Below, piece by piece: positions 31,032-40,364 of a DNA stretch of 62,407 nucleotides. The notes under the pieces were generated by a model. The model searched no databases. It was not told the DNA's origin and worked only from the letters and a program-made list of their open reading frames with translations. Origin of the DNA: Aequorivita sp. (GTDB lineage: Bacteria; Bacteroidota; Bacteroidia; Flavobacteriales; Flavobacteriaceae); assembly GCA_026646335.1 (NCBI GenBank), contig JAPKFY010000001.1, forward strand, positions 1 through 62,407, read 5' to 3'. The translations under genes were made by a program, and so were the position numbers. How positions within the stretch are numbered: the first letter of the stretch is position 1; every line of letters begins with the position of its first letter.

Positions 31032-34000
31032 ATGAATAAAATTAAGAACCTTTATCCTTTGCGAAGGGTAAAATCTTTCAGGTACTATTTGGTGCATATG
31101 ATACGAACTTTTATATTGTTGATTAGCATTGGGATTAGCTCAATCTTCGCAAATACAACAGAGGCTCAGACCAAGATGGATATTAAAGTTGCCAATGTAA
31201 GTTTGGAACAACTTTTTAAGGAAATTCAGCGTAAAAGCGAATATATTTTCTTTTACAAAGATGATGTTCTCAAATACAATGTTACGCTTGAATTAAAGGA
31301 ATCTACCGTTTCAAAAATTCTTGACAAGGCCTTGGTGAATACTGATTTGACCTACGTTATAAATGATAGGCAGATTGTTATAAAGAACAAAATCGCTCAA
31401 AATTCTAAAATCCTGCCAACCAACCAGCAAGAACGTGAAGTTACTGGGACTGTAATGGATACAGAGGGTGTTCCTTTAGTAGGAGCCACAGTAATTATTA
31501 AAGGGACTTCAAAAGGCACAGCAACAGATTTTGACGGAAATTTCAAAATTTCCGTGCCCAATGACGCAAGTACTTTGGTGATTACTTATGTTGGATATAA
31601 GACACAAGAGGTTTCAATATTTGGCATATCAAGTATAACCGTTACAATGGTTGAAGATAGTAGTGCTCTGGAGGAAATTGTGGTTATAGGTTACGGTACT
31701 GAAAAAAAATCATTAGTAAGTGATGCACTATCCACTATTAATGCCAAACAGATTGAAAATTTACCATTGGCATCAGTTGATGGTTTGCTGCAAGGTCAGG
31801 CTGCGGGCGTGCAGGTAAATCAAAATTCTGGAACCCCAGGAGGTCAAATGTCTGTTAGGATTAGAGGGCTTAGCTCAATTAGTGGCAGTAGCCAACCTTT
31901 ATATATTATTGATGGTATTCCGGTAACAACTGGCGACTTCGGCCAAATTGGCTATTCCGGGCAAGGTTCAAGTGCGCTTACCGATTTAAACCCAAGCGAT
32001 ATTGAGTCCATAAGTGTGCTAAAAGATGCTTCCGCAACCGCTATTTATGGTGCAAGAGGTTCTAACGGTATCGTTTTAATCACCACCAAACGTGGGAAAG
32101 AACAAAAAACTACTGTTTCCGTTAGCATATATTCGGGCATGCAGCAAGTTTGGAATAGACTGGATATGCTAAACGCCAGAGAGTGGAAGGAATATAGGAA
32201 CGATTTAACCAATAGCACCGTTTTTACTGAGGAGCAGATAAATGACAATACCATAGACACAGATTGGCAGGATGTAATTTTCCGTACCGCACCCATAAAT
32301 AGTTATGAAATTTCTGCTGCGGGAGGTTCAGAAAAGACACAGTTTTTTATGAGCGGAACTTTATTTCAGCAAGAGGGTATCTTGATTGGGACGGATTATG
32401 ACCGTTTCAATTTTCGCGCAAATTTAGACCATGCTATATCAGATAAGGTTAAGATAGGTACCAGCATTGGGTTGAGTTACGCCCATACCAATAGGGTGGA
32501 AGGCGACCAAACGCTACACGGCCCATTGCCAAACGGTATTTCAACCCCTGCAATTTATCCTGTTTATAACCCGGATGGTTCTTATAACCAAGACGGGCCT
32601 TATTCAAATCCGGTATCCATAGCCAATGAAGCCATCAACGAGAACTTCTCTTACCGTACCAATTCAAATATTTATTTTGATTGGAATATAATCGAAGACT
32701 TGACCTTTTCATCAAAACTCGGGGTTGATTTCCTAAACTTCAGGGAACACGGTTATGAATCTACCAAAACGGTTCAAGGTGCCAAGTACAATGGTTTGGG
32801 TTTTGAAACTTACACCAATATCTCAAATATTGTTTCCAACAACTTGCTACAATACAGCAAACGTTTCAACAAACACAAGCTTGACGCTTTGGTAGGCTAT
32901 AGTTTTGAAAAAAGAAATTATAGGTCTTCCTTTATTCGGGGCCAGGATTTTGCAGATGACAATCTGGAATATATAAACTCTGCAGCTACAATAGTTTCTG
33001 CCAGTGCCAGCGCATCAGACGAAGGTATTCGCTCCTACTTTGGAAGGGTAAACTATAACTTCAGCGATAAATATATTTTGACCTTGACAGGTAGATTTGA
33101 TACCTCGTCAAAATTTGGCGACAACAACAAAACTGGTTTTTTCCCAGCTGCATCGGTAGCTTGGCGCGTTTCCCAAGAAGAATTTTTAAAGGATGTAAAA
33201 TTCCTTTCAGACTTAAAACTGAGAGCCAGTTATGGTTTGACAGGGAATGACGATATAAGTCCATTTTTGTTTTCTGAACTTTACGGAAACACCTCATATG
33301 GAGGTTCGCCAGCTATTTACCCCAGCAATATTCCCAATCCAGACTTAAAATGGGAAAGTACCACTCAGCTCAATCTTGGTTTAAACCTTGGCTTTTTTCA
33401 CGATCGTATTACGCTAACGGCAGATTATTATGACAAACAGACCAATGATCTTTTATTGAGCAGACCTTTGCCAACCAGCTCTGGGTTTTCATCAATTACC
33501 GAAAATGTGGGAAAGGTGGAAAATAAAGGTATCGAGCTTACCCTTTCAACCCAAAACTTCGTAGGCGAATTTATTTGGAATACTCAATTTAACATTTCTG
33601 GAAACCGCAACAAGGTACTGGAACTATACAATGGCCAGCCTATTGACGATATAGGCCGTGGAGGCAACCGTATTATGGAAGGCCAACCTATTGGTATATT
33701 TTACAGTTATCTGTCTTTGGGCGTAGATCCTTCAACGGGAGATATTGTGTATGCAGATACTAATTTTGACGGCGAGATAACATCTGCAGACAGAACCGTG
33801 GTTGGAAATCCACACCCTGATTTTGTGTATGGTTTCACCAATAATTTTGCATATAAAAACTTTGATTTAAGCATATTTCTTCAAGGTTCGCAAGGCAACG
33901 ATGTTTTCAATGGATCACGATTGTATTTAGAATCGCTTCAAGGGGGTGACAACCAATTGAAATCCGTTACCAGAAGATGGAGGCAACCGGGTGATATTAC

Positions 34001-34322
34001 AGATATTCCACGTGCAACTACAGATCCTGTTGCCGCTTCACAAAACAAACGTGTTTCATCCAGGTTTTTGGAAGATGGCTCTTATCTAAGGTTTAAAAAT
34101 GTAACCTTGGGTTATACACTGAACCAAAAAAACATGAATAAACGGTTTTTTGATTCAATGAGAATCTATGTAAGTACACAAAACCTGTTCACATTCACAA
34201 ATTATTCTGGACTCGATCCGGAAGTCAACTATAGGGGTGACGACAATGCGGTAATTGGCACCGATTTTTTCACCTATCCGCAAGCACAAACCTTTACATT
34301 GGGTGTTAATCTAAAAATATAA
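31032..34322 (+). CDS. SusC/RagA TonB-dependent transporter with an N-terminal signalling (STN) domain
   Basis: STN and carboxypeptidase-regulatory-like N-terminus; PLYIIDG, VLKDASATAIYGARGSNG and NPDLKWE motifs. Confidence 0.95.
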   Translation: MNKIKNLYPLRRVKSFRYYLVHMIRTFILLISIGISSIFANTTEAQTKMDIKVANVSLEQLFKEIQRKSEYIFFYKDDVLKYNVTLELKESTVSKILDKALVNTDLTYVINDRQIVIKNKIAQNSKILPTNQQEREVTGTVMDTEGVPLVGATVIIKGTSKGTATDFDGNFKISVPNDASTLVITYVGYKTQEVSIFGISSITVTMVEDSSALEEIVVIGYGTEKKSLVSDALSTINAKQIENLPLASVDGLLQGQAAGVQVNQNSGTPGGQMSVRIRGLSSISGSSQPLYIIDGIPVTTGDFGQIGYSGQGSSALTDLNPSDIESISVLKDASATAIYGARGSNGIVLITTKRGKEQKTTVSVSIYSGMQQVWNRLDMLNAREWKEYRNDLTNSTVFTEEQINDNTIDTDWQDVIFRTAPINSYEISAAGGSEKTQFFMSGTLFQQEGILIGTDYDRFNFRANLDHAISDKVKIGTSIGLSYAHTNRVEGDQTLHGPLPNGISTPAIYPVYNPDGSYNQDGPYSNPVSIANEAINENFSYRTNSNIYFDWNIIEDLTFSSKLGVDFLNFREHGYESTKTVQGAKYNGLGFETYTNISNIVSNNLLQYSKRFNKHKLDALVGYSFEKRNYRSSFIRGQDFADDNLEYINSAATIVSASASASDEGIRSYFGRVNYNFSDKYILTLTGRFDTSSKFGDNNKTGFFPAASVAWRVSQEEFLKDVKFLSDLKLRASYGLTGNDDISPFLFSELYGNTSYGGSPAIYPSNIPNPDLKWESTTQLNLGLNLGFFHDRITLTADYYDKQTNDLLLSRPLPTSSGFSSITENVGKVENKGIELTLSTQNFVGEFIWNTQFNISGNRNKVLELYNGQPIDDIGRGGNRIMEGQPIGIFYSYLSLGVDPSTGDIVYADTNFDGEITSADRTVVGNPHPDFVYGFTNNFAYKNFDLSIFLQGSQGNDVFNGSRLYLESLQGGDNQLKSVTRRWRQPGDITDIPRATTDPVAASQNKRVSSRFLEDGSYLRFKNVTLGYTLNQKNMNKRFFDSMRIYVSTQNLFTFTNYSGLDPEVNYRGDDNAVIGTDFFTYPQAQTFTLGVNLKI

Positions 34323-34327
34323 ACAAG

Positions 34328-35656
34328 ATGAAAAAGTTATTATATATTTCGATACTATGTTTTGTGGCGATCTCCTGCAATATAGTAGATGTTGAACCCC
34401 AAAATTCAATTTCGGCCGAAGAAGCTTTCAATACAAAAGAAGACATAGACAAAGGAATTTTGGGGGCTTATGCCTCATTCCAAAGCCTTAGCTATTACGG
34501 AAGAACGTATAGCATATTTGCAGACTTGGCGGCTGATAACCTTTCACATCCTGTTGACGCGACGGCTACCGACTATGCAGAGGTGGACAATAACAGTATG
34601 CTTCCTGAAAACGGCAGTAACAGTAATATGTGGGCCATTATGTATGATGGCATCAACGTAGCAAACAACGTGATAAGCAAAGTGCCCATCATAAATGACA
34701 TGACGGTGGAAGAAAAGAATGCGGCCTTGGCAGAGCTGTATTTCATCAGGGCTATGAATCATTTCAATTTAATGCGTTATTACGGTGCTATTCCATTAAA
34801 ACTACAACCCACCATTGGTGTTGACAACTTAGATGCGCCAAGGGTTCCCGTTAATGAAGTCTATGCCCAGATTATAACCGATTTGACCTTCGCCGCTGAA
34901 AACCTTCCTAGTTCTGGAAACAAAATCAGAGGGTCAAAATTTGCAGCCAAAGCACTTTTGGCCCGTGTTTATCTGTATCAAGGCAACTATCAACAGGCTG
35001 CAGCAACGGCTTCGGACGTAATTAACAATGGGGGCTATACCTTGCTCTCAAACTATGCCGATGTTTTTGCAGATGAAGAAAATGCGGAATCTATTTTTGA
35101 AATTTATTTTTCGCAATTGGAACGCAACCGAATAGCCGAGTACAATTTCCCAAAATCTCTGAACGGAAGGAGAGAAGTTGAACCATCGCAAGATCTGTTG
35201 GATGCCTTTGAAGTAGGCGACGAGCGTTTTCAGGCCAGTATTGCCTTTGCAGAAAGTTTGGCTTACGCCATAAAATATGACGATTTAAATTTGGGCGCTG
35301 ATAACTTTATAGTGATACGTTTGGCTGATATGTATTTAATACGCGCAGAAGCTTTGGCAAAAGGCCCAGCACCAGACCCCAACCAGATAAAAGCTGATTT
35401 GAACACAGTAAGAACGCGCGCTGGCTTGTCTGGAATAACATCCAACAGCATAGACCAATTAATTAGCGCAATTGAAAAGGAGCGCCGTGTGGAATTTGCT
35501 TTTGAGGGTCAACGTTGGTTTGACCTTGTAAGAACCGGAAGGGCGGTGGATGTACTATTTAATGTAACAAGCATTAACCAAACCTTATTCCCAATACCTT
35601 TTGACGAGCTACAAACCAATAAAGATCCGGGGATGTTTCAAAACCCAGGATACTAA
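34328..35656 (+). CDS. SusD/RagB nutrient-binding lipoprotein
   Basis: Lipobox ISC; RLADMYLIRAEA and ERRVEFAFEGQRWFDLVR motifs; ends QNPGY. Confidence 0.95.
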   Translation: MKKLLYISILCFVAISCNIVDVEPQNSISAEEAFNTKEDIDKGILGAYASFQSLSYYGRTYSIFADLAADNLSHPVDATATDYAEVDNNSMLPENGSNSNMWAIMYDGINVANNVISKVPIINDMTVEEKNAALAELYFIRAMNHFNLMRYYGAIPLKLQPTIGVDNLDAPRVPVNEVYAQIITDLTFAAENLPSSGNKIRGSKFAAKALLARVYLYQGNYQQAAATASDVINNGGYTLLSNYADVFADEENAESIFEIYFSQLERNRIAEYNFPKSLNGRREVEPSQDLLDAFEVGDERFQASIAFAESLAYAIKYDDLNLGADNFIVIRLADMYLIRAEALAKGPAPDPNQIKADLNTVRTRAGLSGITSNSIDQLISAIEKERRVEFAFEGQRWFDLVRTGRAVDVLFNVTSINQTLFPIPFDELQTNKDPGMFQNPGY

Positions 35657-35683
35657 CAAACTAACCATATTAAAAGTTATTAT

Positions 35684-37033
35684 ATGAAAACAATCATTTA
35701 CAAATACAGTCTTTTTGCTTTCGCACTTTTAGCCCTTTTTTCTTGCCAAAAAGATGACGACCCAGTGCCGCCACAATCACAGGCGGAGTTTACGGCAAGT
35801 GCTACGGAAGTAGCCATTGGCGAAACCATTCAGTTCACTAACAACTCGCAAAATGCCACAGCCTTTAAATGGAGTTTTGGCGATGGCACAATATCTACCC
35901 AAGTATCGCCAACAAAATCATATACTAGCAGCAATGTGTTCTTAGTCACTTTGGTATCAACGGGCGCAGGTGGTTCAACCATTTCAAACATGGAAATAAC
36001 CGTAACGCCTTCCAGTTCATTCGCTGTTGAAGATGTTGATAATCTAACAGCCGGCGTCCCTGTTCAGTTTACGAATACATCAATTGGCGCAACAAGCTAT
36101 ACGTGGAATTTTGGCGACGCCGCCAATTCAACTTCAACTGAAGAGAATCCATTGTTTACTTATTCTTCAGAGGGAAATTACACCGTTTCGCTTACCGCTA
36201 CTTCCATGTATGGATCAAATACTGCAAGCAAGGATATAACAGTGGCAGCAGGTCAACAAGGCCCAGCATCTTTGTATTACATTGCTTATGGGGATGAATT
36301 TTTAAGAAGTTTGTTGCTGGATGGTTCCGGCACCACAACCGATGTGCTAAATCTTGTAGGTAAAGCGGGCGTTGGTCTGGCTTATGATACCACTAACCAA
36401 AAAATTTACTTTAGCGATTTTGACACCTACCCCCTTGGAAATATTTGGAGAGCAAACCTAGACGGTAGCAGTGCCGAAATGATTGTGAGCAACATCGGCG
36501 ATCCATACGGTGTAGCAGTAGATGAAGTAAACAGTAAAGTGTATTGGGTTGATGACGACGGCAATGTGTCGCGTGCAAACCTCGATGGCAGCTCCCCAGA
36601 AATAGGGATATTGAATATAGCGGGCGCCCAATGGAGAGCTATTGCTTTGGATGTGGAAAACAACAAAATGTACGCCTACGAGGTAAATGTTGAAAATCTG
36701 TACGTGGCCAATTTGGATGGCACAAACCCACAGATTCTTATCTCAGGTGTTTATGGCTACGCTATAGCTATAGACACGGTGAACGATAAAATTTATTTTG
36801 ACGACCAAAACGGGGCAGTATTTAGCGTGGCCAATCTGGACGGCTCTAACATACAAACCATTGATCCTGATGGAACGCGTATTTACGGGATTCAAATAGA
36901 CAACGAAACCAACAAATTGTATTGGTCTGGCCGTGATACGGGCGAGTTGTACAGCGCAAATCTTGATGGCACTGGCCGTGAAGTGTTGGCAACCGGTATT
37001 GCCAGCCCAAGAGGAATTGCTTTAATAAAATAA
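35684..37033 (+). CDS. Lipoprotein with two PKD domains and a YWTD-type (LDLR class B-like) beta-propeller
   Basis: Lipobox FSC; WSFGDG and WNFGD PKD motifs; repeated KIYF/KVYW...RANLDG units. Confidence 0.8.
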   Translation: MKTIIYKYSLFAFALLALFSCQKDDDPVPPQSQAEFTASATEVAIGETIQFTNNSQNATAFKWSFGDGTISTQVSPTKSYTSSNVFLVTLVSTGAGGSTISNMEITVTPSSSFAVEDVDNLTAGVPVQFTNTSIGATSYTWNFGDAANSTSTEENPLFTYSSEGNYTVSLTATSMYGSNTASKDITVAAGQQGPASLYYIAYGDEFLRSLLLDGSGTTTDVLNLVGKAGVGLAYDTTNQKIYFSDFDTYPLGNIWRANLDGSSAEMIVSNIGDPYGVAVDEVNSKVYWVDDDGNVSRANLDGSSPEIGILNIAGAQWRAIALDVENNKMYAYEVNVENLYVANLDGTNPQILISGVYGYAIAIDTVNDKIYFDDQNGAVFSVANLDGSNIQTIDPDGTRIYGIQIDNETNKLYWSGRDTGELYSANLDGTGREVLATGIASPRGIALIK

Positions 37034-37040
37034 GATACAG

Positions 37041-38171
37041 ATGAAAAACATAATAATAGCAATACTATTTATAGGTTTTGGGAGTATTTTCCAATCCTGC
37101 TCTGACGACGGTTTCCCCGTGCCTCCAGCCAGTACGGTGCCACAATTTACATATACAATAGACAATAACGAGTTTGCACCTGCAACAGTCACTTTCACAA
37201 ATACTTCAATTGTTCCAACAACAGTAGGGGCGGCCACTTTTTATTGGAATTTTGGCAACGGCGATTCTTCAGTTGAAGAAAGCCCTGTCTATACTTATGT
37301 CCAACCTGGCGCATATCAAGTAACTTTGGTTGTAACCACTTCTGGGTCTTTGGAAGTAAGAGAGGTAACAAAAACTGTTGTTGTAAAAGATCCAAATGCA
37401 GTGGGTATCCCTATCTATTATACAGACGGGGCTTCCGTTTTTCAGGGCTTGATAAACGAACAGGCACCAATTTTTACAACTTTGTCGAATATAGCTTTAC
37501 AATCTTCCTATGAAATGATTTTGGACACTTTAAGGCAAAAACTATATATAAGTGATGTTGACGCTGGCAAAATCTACAGAGCCAATACCGATGGCAGCGA
37601 ATTTGAAGATTTCAGGGTGGGCCTTGATTCCCCAATTGGAATGGCAATAGATTATTCCGGCAATAAGATATATTGGTCCACAAGCAACAGTATTCAACGA
37701 ACCGATTTAAGCTCTACCGATATTAATGCGAAGGAGGATTTCGCAATTGGCCAAGTAAACGATCCGGAAGGCGTCTCAATACATTTCGCCACGGGAAAAA
37801 TATTCTGGGGCAATTACGATGGGGGCATTTGGTCTAAAAACCTTGACGGAAGTAATGAAACCTTGATTATTCCTGATATAGAAACCGGAAGTATGTTGGT
37901 GATAAACGACCGTATTTATTATGATGAATACGTAGGCTCTGGCGATATACGCATAAAATCGGCTGCTCTAGACGGCACTAACGTTACAACCATAGCCACA
38001 GGGATTGGAAGGGTTGTTTATGGGATTGGTTATGACGCTTCCGAAAACAAAATTTATTGGGGAGACAGAAGTACCGATGCAATGATGCGGGCAAATCTGG
38101 ACGGGTCCAATACTGAATTATATTACCAAGCCGCCGGAGATACCCGAGGTATCGTGATTGGAAATCAATAA
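37041..38171 (+). CDS. Lipoprotein with a PKD domain and a YWTD-type beta-propeller
   Basis: Lipobox QSC; WNFGNG; repeated KIYW...RANLDG units. Confidence 0.8.
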   Translation: MKNIIIAILFIGFGSIFQSCSDDGFPVPPASTVPQFTYTIDNNEFAPATVTFTNTSIVPTTVGAATFYWNFGNGDSSVEESPVYTYVQPGAYQVTLVVTTSGSLEVREVTKTVVVKDPNAVGIPIYYTDGASVFQGLINEQAPIFTTLSNIALQSSYEMILDTLRQKLYISDVDAGKIYRANTDGSEFEDFRVGLDSPIGMAIDYSGNKIYWSTSNSIQRTDLSSTDINAKEDFAIGQVNDPEGVSIHFATGKIFWGNYDGGIWSKNLDGSNETLIIPDIETGSMLVINDRIYYDEYVGSGDIRIKSAALDGTNVTTIATGIGRVVYGIGYDASENKIYWGDRSTDAMMRANLDGSNTELYYQAAGDTRGIVIGNQ

Positions 38172-39025
38172 TGAAACTTTTAAAATACTATATCCCCCTT
38201 GCCTTAATCGGTTTTGCTGCGCTTCAGTTTTCAGCTTTTGCGCAGCAATCCGATGGCAATGGTAAACTGGTAATTATTGGTGGTGGCTCAAGGCCCGAAG
38301 CCATGGTGCAACGCATTATTAAAGAAGCGCAGTTGGATAGATCTGGCTATGGCATAATTTTGCCAATGTCCAGTGCCGAACCGGATTCAGCTGTTTATTA
38401 TGCCAAAAAACAATTCGTGGAAGCGGGTCTAACTAATATAGTTGGCCTTCATATCTACAAAGATGAAAATGTGTCTAAATCTAAATTAGACTCAATCAAA
38501 AATGCCAAAATGATTTACATATCCGGTGGAGACCAAAACAGGTTTATGGATATTGTTGGTGGCACTGCTGCGGAAGATGCAATCCACGATGCATTCAGCA
38601 AGGGAAGTTTGATTGCCGGCACCAGTGCAGGCGCGGCGGTTATGAGCAAAATGATGATTACAGGAAACGAATTAAAACATCCGAACTACTCTTCTACTTT
38701 CAGAAATATTGAAGCTGAGAATATCGAAATAAAAACAGGTTTGGGGATGCTTAGCGGAGTAATTATAGATCAACATTTTGTAAAGCGAAGCCGTTACAAC
38801 CGCTTGATTAGTGCTATAATTGAACACCCTGAATTAATGGGGATTGGCATTGACGAATCTACCGCAATTTTGGTAAAAGGCAATACGGCCGAAGTCTTGG
38901 GCGACGCACAGGTTATCGTCCTAAAAAATCCCACAAAATCAAAAAATGAAAATAATGGGAAGCTTGGTGCACGCAATCTGGAATTGGATATTTATTTGCC
39001 CGGCGAAACATTTTCGATAAATTAG
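38171..39025 (+). CDS. Cyanophycinase (peptidase S51), exported
   Basis: Signal peptide; LVIIGGG, SGGDQ, GTSAGAA (Ser), IDQHF..R.R (His) and GIDE (Glu) motifs. Confidence 0.85.
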   Translation: MKLLKYYIPLALIGFAALQFSAFAQQSDGNGKLVIIGGGSRPEAMVQRIIKEAQLDRSGYGIILPMSSAEPDSAVYYAKKQFVEAGLTNIVGLHIYKDENVSKSKLDSIKNAKMIYISGGDQNRFMDIVGGTAAEDAIHDAFSKGSLIAGTSAGAAVMSKMMITGNELKHPNYSSTFRNIEAENIEIKTGLGMLSGVIIDQHFVKRSRYNRLISAIIEHPELMGIGIDESTAILVKGNTAEVLGDAQVIVLKNPTKSKNENNGKLGARNLELDIYLPGETFSIN

Positions 39026-39029
39026 ATAG

Positions 39030-40346
39030 ATGAATTTAAGACTGAAATTGAAAAGAATTGGTTTGTTGGTCAGCCTTTTAATCGGTACTTGCAGCATGGC
39101 TCAAAGTGCCAAAATGGAAAAAAGCATTGTAAGATTGGTTGATAAAAATCTGGACGCTTCCATAGAATTGCTAAAAAAAACAGTGAACATAAATAGCGGT
39201 TCTTTAAATATGGAAGGGGTTAGAAAAGTGGGCGAACTGTACAGGGCAGAATTGGACAAGTTAGGTTTTACTACAGAATTGACATCTGGTGAAGCTTATG
39301 GCCGCGCTGGTCATCTTATTGCCAAAAAAGATGGTAAAAAAGGCCCTAAATTTTTATTGATAGGTCATTTGGATACGGTTTTTGAGCTTGATAGTCCTTT
39401 TCAGGAATTCACAATGCTGAACGATTCAATTATGAAAGGTCCTGGAGTGGCAGATATGAAGGGGGGCGATGTAATTATTATTTTAGCAATGAAAGCCTTA
39501 AAAGAGGCTGGGGCATTGGACGATATGTCGGTACAGATAATAATGACTGGCGATGAGGAAAAAAGTGGATCGCCAATTGAATTGTCAAAAAGAGATTTAG
39601 TTGAAGGTGCAAAATGGGCCGATATCGCCTTGGGTTTTGAAAACGGTGACAACAACCCCAAAACCATAGTGGTATCCAGAAGGGGTTCCGAAGACTGGCA
39701 ACTTACGGTCACAGGTCAACCAGCTCACTCATCACAAATTTTCACAGAAGATATTGGCACAGGGGCTATTTATGAAGCGGCTCGCATCCTAAATGAATTT
39801 TATCTGCAATTGGCCAAGGAAAAAGACCTTACCTTTAATCCGGGCTTTATTTTGGGAGGAACAAACGCAGCGCCCAATGAAGAGTTAACAGGCGGTACTG
39901 CCTTCGGAAAAAATAATGTAGTGGCTCAAACGGTTGTCGTTCACGGCGACCTAAGAGCAGTTTCGCCAGAACAATTGCAAAAGGCGAAAATGGTTATGAA
40001 GGAAATCGCAGCTAACAACTATCCAAAAACATCAGCAGTACTATTATTCGACAATGAAGGATATCCGCCATTGGCAAAAACGGATGGCAATATGAGGTTG
40101 CTGGAACACTATAACAAAGTGAGTAATGATTTGGGGTTTGGAGCTGTGGAAGCAGTAAACCCAAGAAATGCAGGCGCAGCAGATATATCCTTTACATCGG
40201 GTTATGTTGAGATGGCTTTGGATGGTCTGGGCCTAACAGGCGGCTCTGGCGACCATACAATTGAAGAAACGGGTAACCTTAATACAGTTGGTGTTCAAGC
40301 TAAGATAACTGCAGTGTTGATGTACCGAATGATGCAACGGCAGTAA
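39030..40346 (+). CDS. M20 family metallopeptidase (glutamate carboxypeptidase-like), exported
   Basis: Signal peptide; GHLDTVF, GPGVADMKGG, GDEE and AHSS motifs; C-terminal DHT. Confidence 0.85.
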   Translation: MNLRLKLKRIGLLVSLLIGTCSMAQSAKMEKSIVRLVDKNLDASIELLKKTVNINSGSLNMEGVRKVGELYRAELDKLGFTTELTSGEAYGRAGHLIAKKDGKKGPKFLLIGHLDTVFELDSPFQEFTMLNDSIMKGPGVADMKGGDVIIILAMKALKEAGALDDMSVQIIMTGDEEKSGSPIELSKRDLVEGAKWADIALGFENGDNNPKTIVVSRRGSEDWQLTVTGQPAHSSQIFTEDIGTGAIYEAARILNEFYLQLAKEKDLTFNPGFILGGTNAAPNEELTGGTAFGKNNVVAQTVVVHGDLRAVSPEQLQKAKMVMKEIAANNYPKTSAVLLFDNEGYPPLAKTDGNMRLLEHYNKVSNDLGFGAVEAVNPRNAGAADISFTSGYVEMALDGLGLTGGSGDHTIEETGNLNTVGVQAKITAVLMYRMMQRQ

Positions 40347-40364
40347 AAAAATAAAGATTGGATA

